A model generated the notes under the pieces. The model was not told the origin of the DNA. It saw nothing but the letters and a program-made list of their open reading frames with translations, and did not search any database. From assembly GCA_031835245.2 (NCBI GenBank), contig JAVKOQ020000079.1:62001-126000 (forward strand): a DNA stretch of 64,000 nt. Reading direction: 5' to 3'. This stretch comes from Balamuthia mandrillaris (Eukaryota). Numbering within the stretch: the first letter of the stretch is position 1; each line of letters opens with the position of its first letter. Shown here in pieces: positions 59,861 through 64,000 of the stretch. A program made the translations under genes and the position numbers.

Positions 59861-60158
59861 TATTCCTTGCCCTGCGGACGGTTGGGTCGAAAAGAAAGAG
59901 TTTTCCTACAACAAAAAAATAAGATCTGGCACAAAGCCATTACACTATTGCTATAATTCATTATTGGAACGCTTAATTAAATTTTTAAGGTAGACATGAG
60001 ACTGGACAAGAGAGATATTATCTAAAAATTCATGTCGTCATGAACGATTTAATCACGTCGTCGTGAATGAGATTTTAACAGAGAAGAAAGCGGGGTGGGC
60101 AAGAAAGAGAGCGAGAGTGGTGGTTTGGTTTTGGTTTTGGTTTTGGTTTCATTTCGTT

Positions 60159-60570
60159 TTATGTTCTCATGGCTTGCCCTTGCTTTTCCAATTCCGCTCT
60201 GTTATGTTGACAAAACAAAAAAAATAGTTGTGAGAGTGTAAGGGAAGAAGCACAACAAAACAAAAGGAGAGGCAGTCCTCTTACCGTAGTTGTTTGGAGA
60301 ACTCATCGTCCAACTCTTCGTCTTCCCAGTCGTCTTCCCATTGTTTTACGTCCTCCTCATCTTCCTCTGCTTCTTTCCACTCTGTAGGGAAAGAAATGGG
60401 AGTGAGTCTTTCAAACTTTGTCCATCCTCGCTCGAAACACAGTTTCCGCGTAGTACGCCACAAATCCAAATCTTCTTACCTTCGGTTTCGAATTCCTCGA
60501 ACTCATCATCTTCCTCCACAACCACTTCCTTGGGCTTCTTCGTCTCTGCTGCTGTCGTTGCTGCTGCCAT
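60159..60570 (-). CDS. SEM1: SEM1/DSS1 proteasome subunit (3 exons)
   Basis: EEDDEFEEF..E|EW...WEDDWEDEELDDEFSKQLR|AEL. Confidence 0.95.
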
Positions 60571-60928
60571 TCCCGTTTTTTATTGTGTGTGTTTTTTTTT
60601 TTTGCTCTTTGTGTTTTTGGCTGTGAAAGATCTTTGCTATTGTCTCTCTCTCTTCTTCCAATCTTTTTTTTTCTTCTTGCCTGCTGCGCTGACGTCACAG
60701 TGCCAACCAATCTGGGGCTGTGCGTCACACAACTACCCCTCAATCTAATTTTTCAAAAAACCAATAAAAAATCGAACAACAACGAAATCGATCAAATATT
60801 TCAACAATGCACCATTCTTTGCATTCTTTTCATTCCTTGTAATACATGAACCAAAAAAAAAAGTAGCACAATAGGACAGGAACAACAGCTGCTAGCTTTT
60901 TTTTTTTTTTTTTCTTGAACACACACAG

Positions 60929-61795
60929 ATGGCCGATGATACTGGAATTTGCCCCTCCCTGGGCCTCACGGATGCGGAGGAAAGAAAGCGCAAGGAGGAG
61001 GAACGTGTTTTGCGTAACATGATGGCCCGCACCAACCCCAAGGTTTCTTTTTTCGGGTTCCTTTGTTTGTTTGTTTTATTTAGTTTTTTTGCCTCTCTTT
61101 GTTGTCGTTCTCTGATCTTGTTATCTCCTCTCTCTCCCCTCTCTTCGTTGTCGTTGTCTTCTCTTCTTTCGTTCTCTTATCTTGTTCTCTCTCTCTCCCT
61201 CTCTTTTTGAAAAAAAACAAAAAAACAAAACAAAACAAAGGTGGACAAAACCGTGCTGAAGAAGCAATTGGCGGGAGAGATGGTCATGTCCGTCGACGAC
61301 CGTTTCCGCATCTATCTGGAGAACATGCCCGCTGAGCCTAACAAGCCCCTCATCGTGCACTTCAACGACAAGCAGGTCTACCACAGCGGGCAGAGCAGGG
61401 GACCCATCAACACCCACTTTGCGGCGCACATGGTGGGCGACGGGAGGACCACCCAGAGGCTGCGCCTGCAGATTGGCGTGAAGGCCTTTGACAACGTGCT
61501 TGACCTTGGTGCGTGCTTTGTGCTTTTCTCGTTGTTTTGTGCTTGTTCTATCATTCATTGCCGTTACACTTCTCATGTTGTTCTTGTTCTTGCTTCTTGT
61601 TCTTTTTCTTTTTCTTCTCCTTTTTCTCCTTCGCCTTCTGTGGTTCTTCTTCTTCTTGCATTCACGTGCTCTTATTTATTTCATTTTATTTTGTTGTTGT
61701 GATAAACAGACGCAACTGAAGGTTGTAACCTGAAGCTTGCCTTCACCGAACGAGGTCTTCTCACCAAACAACAAGTGCAAGCCTTTGACAAGTAA
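60929..61795 (+). CDS. Hypothetical protein (3 exons)
   Basis: GC3-rich exons joined in frame across GT-AG introns; no family recognised. Confidence 0.7.
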
Positions 61796-61876
61796 AAAAA
61801 AAACACACACGCACATTGTTTGCCAACTTCAGCTCTCATTTTTTTTCTTTTTCAACTGCACTAACAAAAACTTGTA

Positions 61877-63788
61877 TCAAACAACTTCAAAACGTGGAGA
61901 CTGCTTCTGATACCATCGAGTGAATAAACAAGCAGCAATGAAGACAGCCAGGAACGAAACAATTACCAAAATGCCAAAGTGTTCGGGGTCAGGCACTATC
62001 ATGCCCATCAAGTAGGAAAGCAACGAGAAGACGTTCGTGAGAGAGTATTCGACACTGTTGATAGTGCCTCGTTTGTTCTCCGGTACTGCCTCTTGCATGA
62101 TTTGACGTTCTCTGATGAAAGAAAGACCAAAACAAGATAAGATAGAAGAAGGCAAAAAAGAAAAGCAGAATGGAAGGAAACATTACGCAAGATCGAAGCT
62201 CCAAAGTCCTACTCTTGAGAGAATAAGAAACACAAGGAACATCCAAATGGCAGAAGCCTCCACAAACGACTCTCCAACATCCCAATGCAACCATCTTCCT
62301 GCGCTCTCCAAGGTACTCATTATCACCGTCCCTCGGGAAGCAGCACCAAAGAAGAACAGCAAGCAGATCACCAAGCAAAAAGTCTGTTGCCATAGTGAAT
62401 AGAGTCCAGTCTTCTCCTTGCCGTAAATTGTGAAAAGAGAGGGAGTGAGGAAGGTGGAGATCATGCCGACGGCAGCGGACACGGCCTGAAAGAGAGCGAT
62501 GCTCAGCTCGGAGAGACCGTGAGCGAGGAGAAAGGCGGAGAGCAAGGCACCAGGAGCTAAGGCTGTGAAGAAGAGCAAGGAAAAGGCGAAACTGGCTAGG
62601 AAGACCTCTTCGGTTTGCACGTAGGTTTTCCAGCCTTTATAGAGGTTCACAAATGGATTGCTCTTCTTCTGGCTTGTTTCTTTTGCTTGGGCTCGTGTTT
62701 CTCTCCGTTGTATGGCTTGTTCTTCATCTTCGGTTTCAATGTGTTGTTCTTGGTTGCGTTGTCTCGCTTCTGCTTCTCTTTCTTCTTCCTGTTCTTCATG
62801 TGGTTCAGTCGCAGAAGACGTTGCTGACATCAAACTCGTTTTAAGCTCTTGCATTTCTTGTTCTTCTTCCTCAATCTCTTCTTCTTTGATGACAACCGTT
62901 GAAGAAAGCTTGTGGTGTAATGCTGGAACGCGATGATAGATGTAAAGCAACGCCAAGCTCTCTGGAATTACGGAAAGCACGTTCCAGAGGCAGACAAAGA
63001 GCAACGCTATCCGCGTGGAGGCGTAGTTCATGACGAGACCGAAAGCCACTGGCGCTGCCACTTTGCACAGCAGTCCTATTCGAGTTAACATTGCGTTGGC
63101 TGCTGTACTTTTCAAAACGCACAAGGAGATAAAAACATGTCAGTATTTGAAGAAGAAGAAGAAGAAGAAGAAGAAGAAGAAGAAGAACAAGAAGAAGAAG
63201 AAGAAGAACAAGAAGAAGAACAAGAAGAAGAACAAGAAGAACAAAAACAAGAACAATGTGAGCACCAGTCAGGAAGGTCTTGTTTTGCGCAGAGATTACC
63301 ACCACCCAGTCCTTGCTTACCGCGATGTTCTCAGCCATGGAGGCCAACGCAGCCACACCCCCAAACAAGTTGAGCACCCCAAACAAGCCCCAAATGGATG
63401 CCACCCTCCATCCCGCCTGAGGCTCCTCCTCGTCACCGTTACGCAACCACAAAAAAGCGTACAGGAGCAACGAACAGATGAACACCGACCCGTTCTGAAC
63501 GAAGAGGGACAGCAGCAGCACTTGCTTTCGCCCTTTGTGGTCGATCCATTGGCCCACCACGGTGCCGAACAGGACGCAGGAGAGCTGGCCGGTGAAGGCG
63601 AACAGGGAGGCCGGGAGGAGGGTGGTCGGAAACGCCTTGGTCAGCAGGATGGGCACAGCGAAGCCCCACATGCGGTCCCCCCAGCTGGACAAGAAGGTCC
63701 CCAAGTAGAGCAACCGCAGCAGCTTTTGGGTTTGCCGTTGGGGCATGGCCTCCTCCTCCTCCTCCTCCTCCTCTCTGCGTTCTTCCAT
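61877..63788 (-). CDS. FPN1: Ferroportin (SLC40/FPN1) family metal exporter (3 exons)
   Basis: LSSWGDRMWGFA, LFVQN, KDWVVVI, SRVGLWSFDL, QIMQEAVPE..RG.INSVE. Confidence 0.92.
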
Positions 63789-64000
63789 TGCCTTTGGAGG
63801 TTAGTTATGTTTTGTCTGTTGTGATCATGCCTCCTTAATTGTAAGGTGATGCGTCAGCTTTACCTGAATTTGCATATTATACACGTCACGTGCGTTATTT
63901 CTAGCAGATCAAAGTATTGATCTCCATCACCAATCAAAAATCAAAATTAAGGGTAACGATCTTAGAAAAGAAAAAAAGTGACCACGAGTGATGTCTCTCG

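Overview
Gene-dense eukaryotic nuclear DNA. Short GT-AG introns are filled with (CT)n, (CTT)n or T-rich microsatellites. Gene content and architecture suggest a free-living amoebozoan-like protist; this is inference and the species cannot be proven from the sequence. About 27 protein-coding genes are recognisable, including TatD, Ldh_2 dehydrogenase, SET, BTB, dipeptidase E, UHRF1-like, SFT2, TAF10, WD40, two stomatins, macrodomain, F-box/WD40, MGMT, soluble adenylyl-cyclase-like, Ras-like, Tim22, C2-RhoGEF-PH, SEM1 and ferroportin. There are also 10 tRNA genes (8 tRNA-Pro in 6.7 kb, tRNA-Arg(CCT), initiator tRNA-Met) and two pseudogene-like fragments. Most notable: (1) an intronless type-II membrane protein fusing a CBM35/CBM6-like module, a family-3 pectate lyase and a GT8 glycosyltransferase; (2) a ~290-nt highly base-paired, oligo-T-flanked intergenic element that looks like an unassigned structured ncRNA; (3) a syntaxin-17-like SNARE fused to a FYVE finger; (4) tRNA-Pro copies that share flanks yet carry different anticodon arms. 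Coordinates of multi-exon genes are outer spans, and exon boundaries were inferred by eye.
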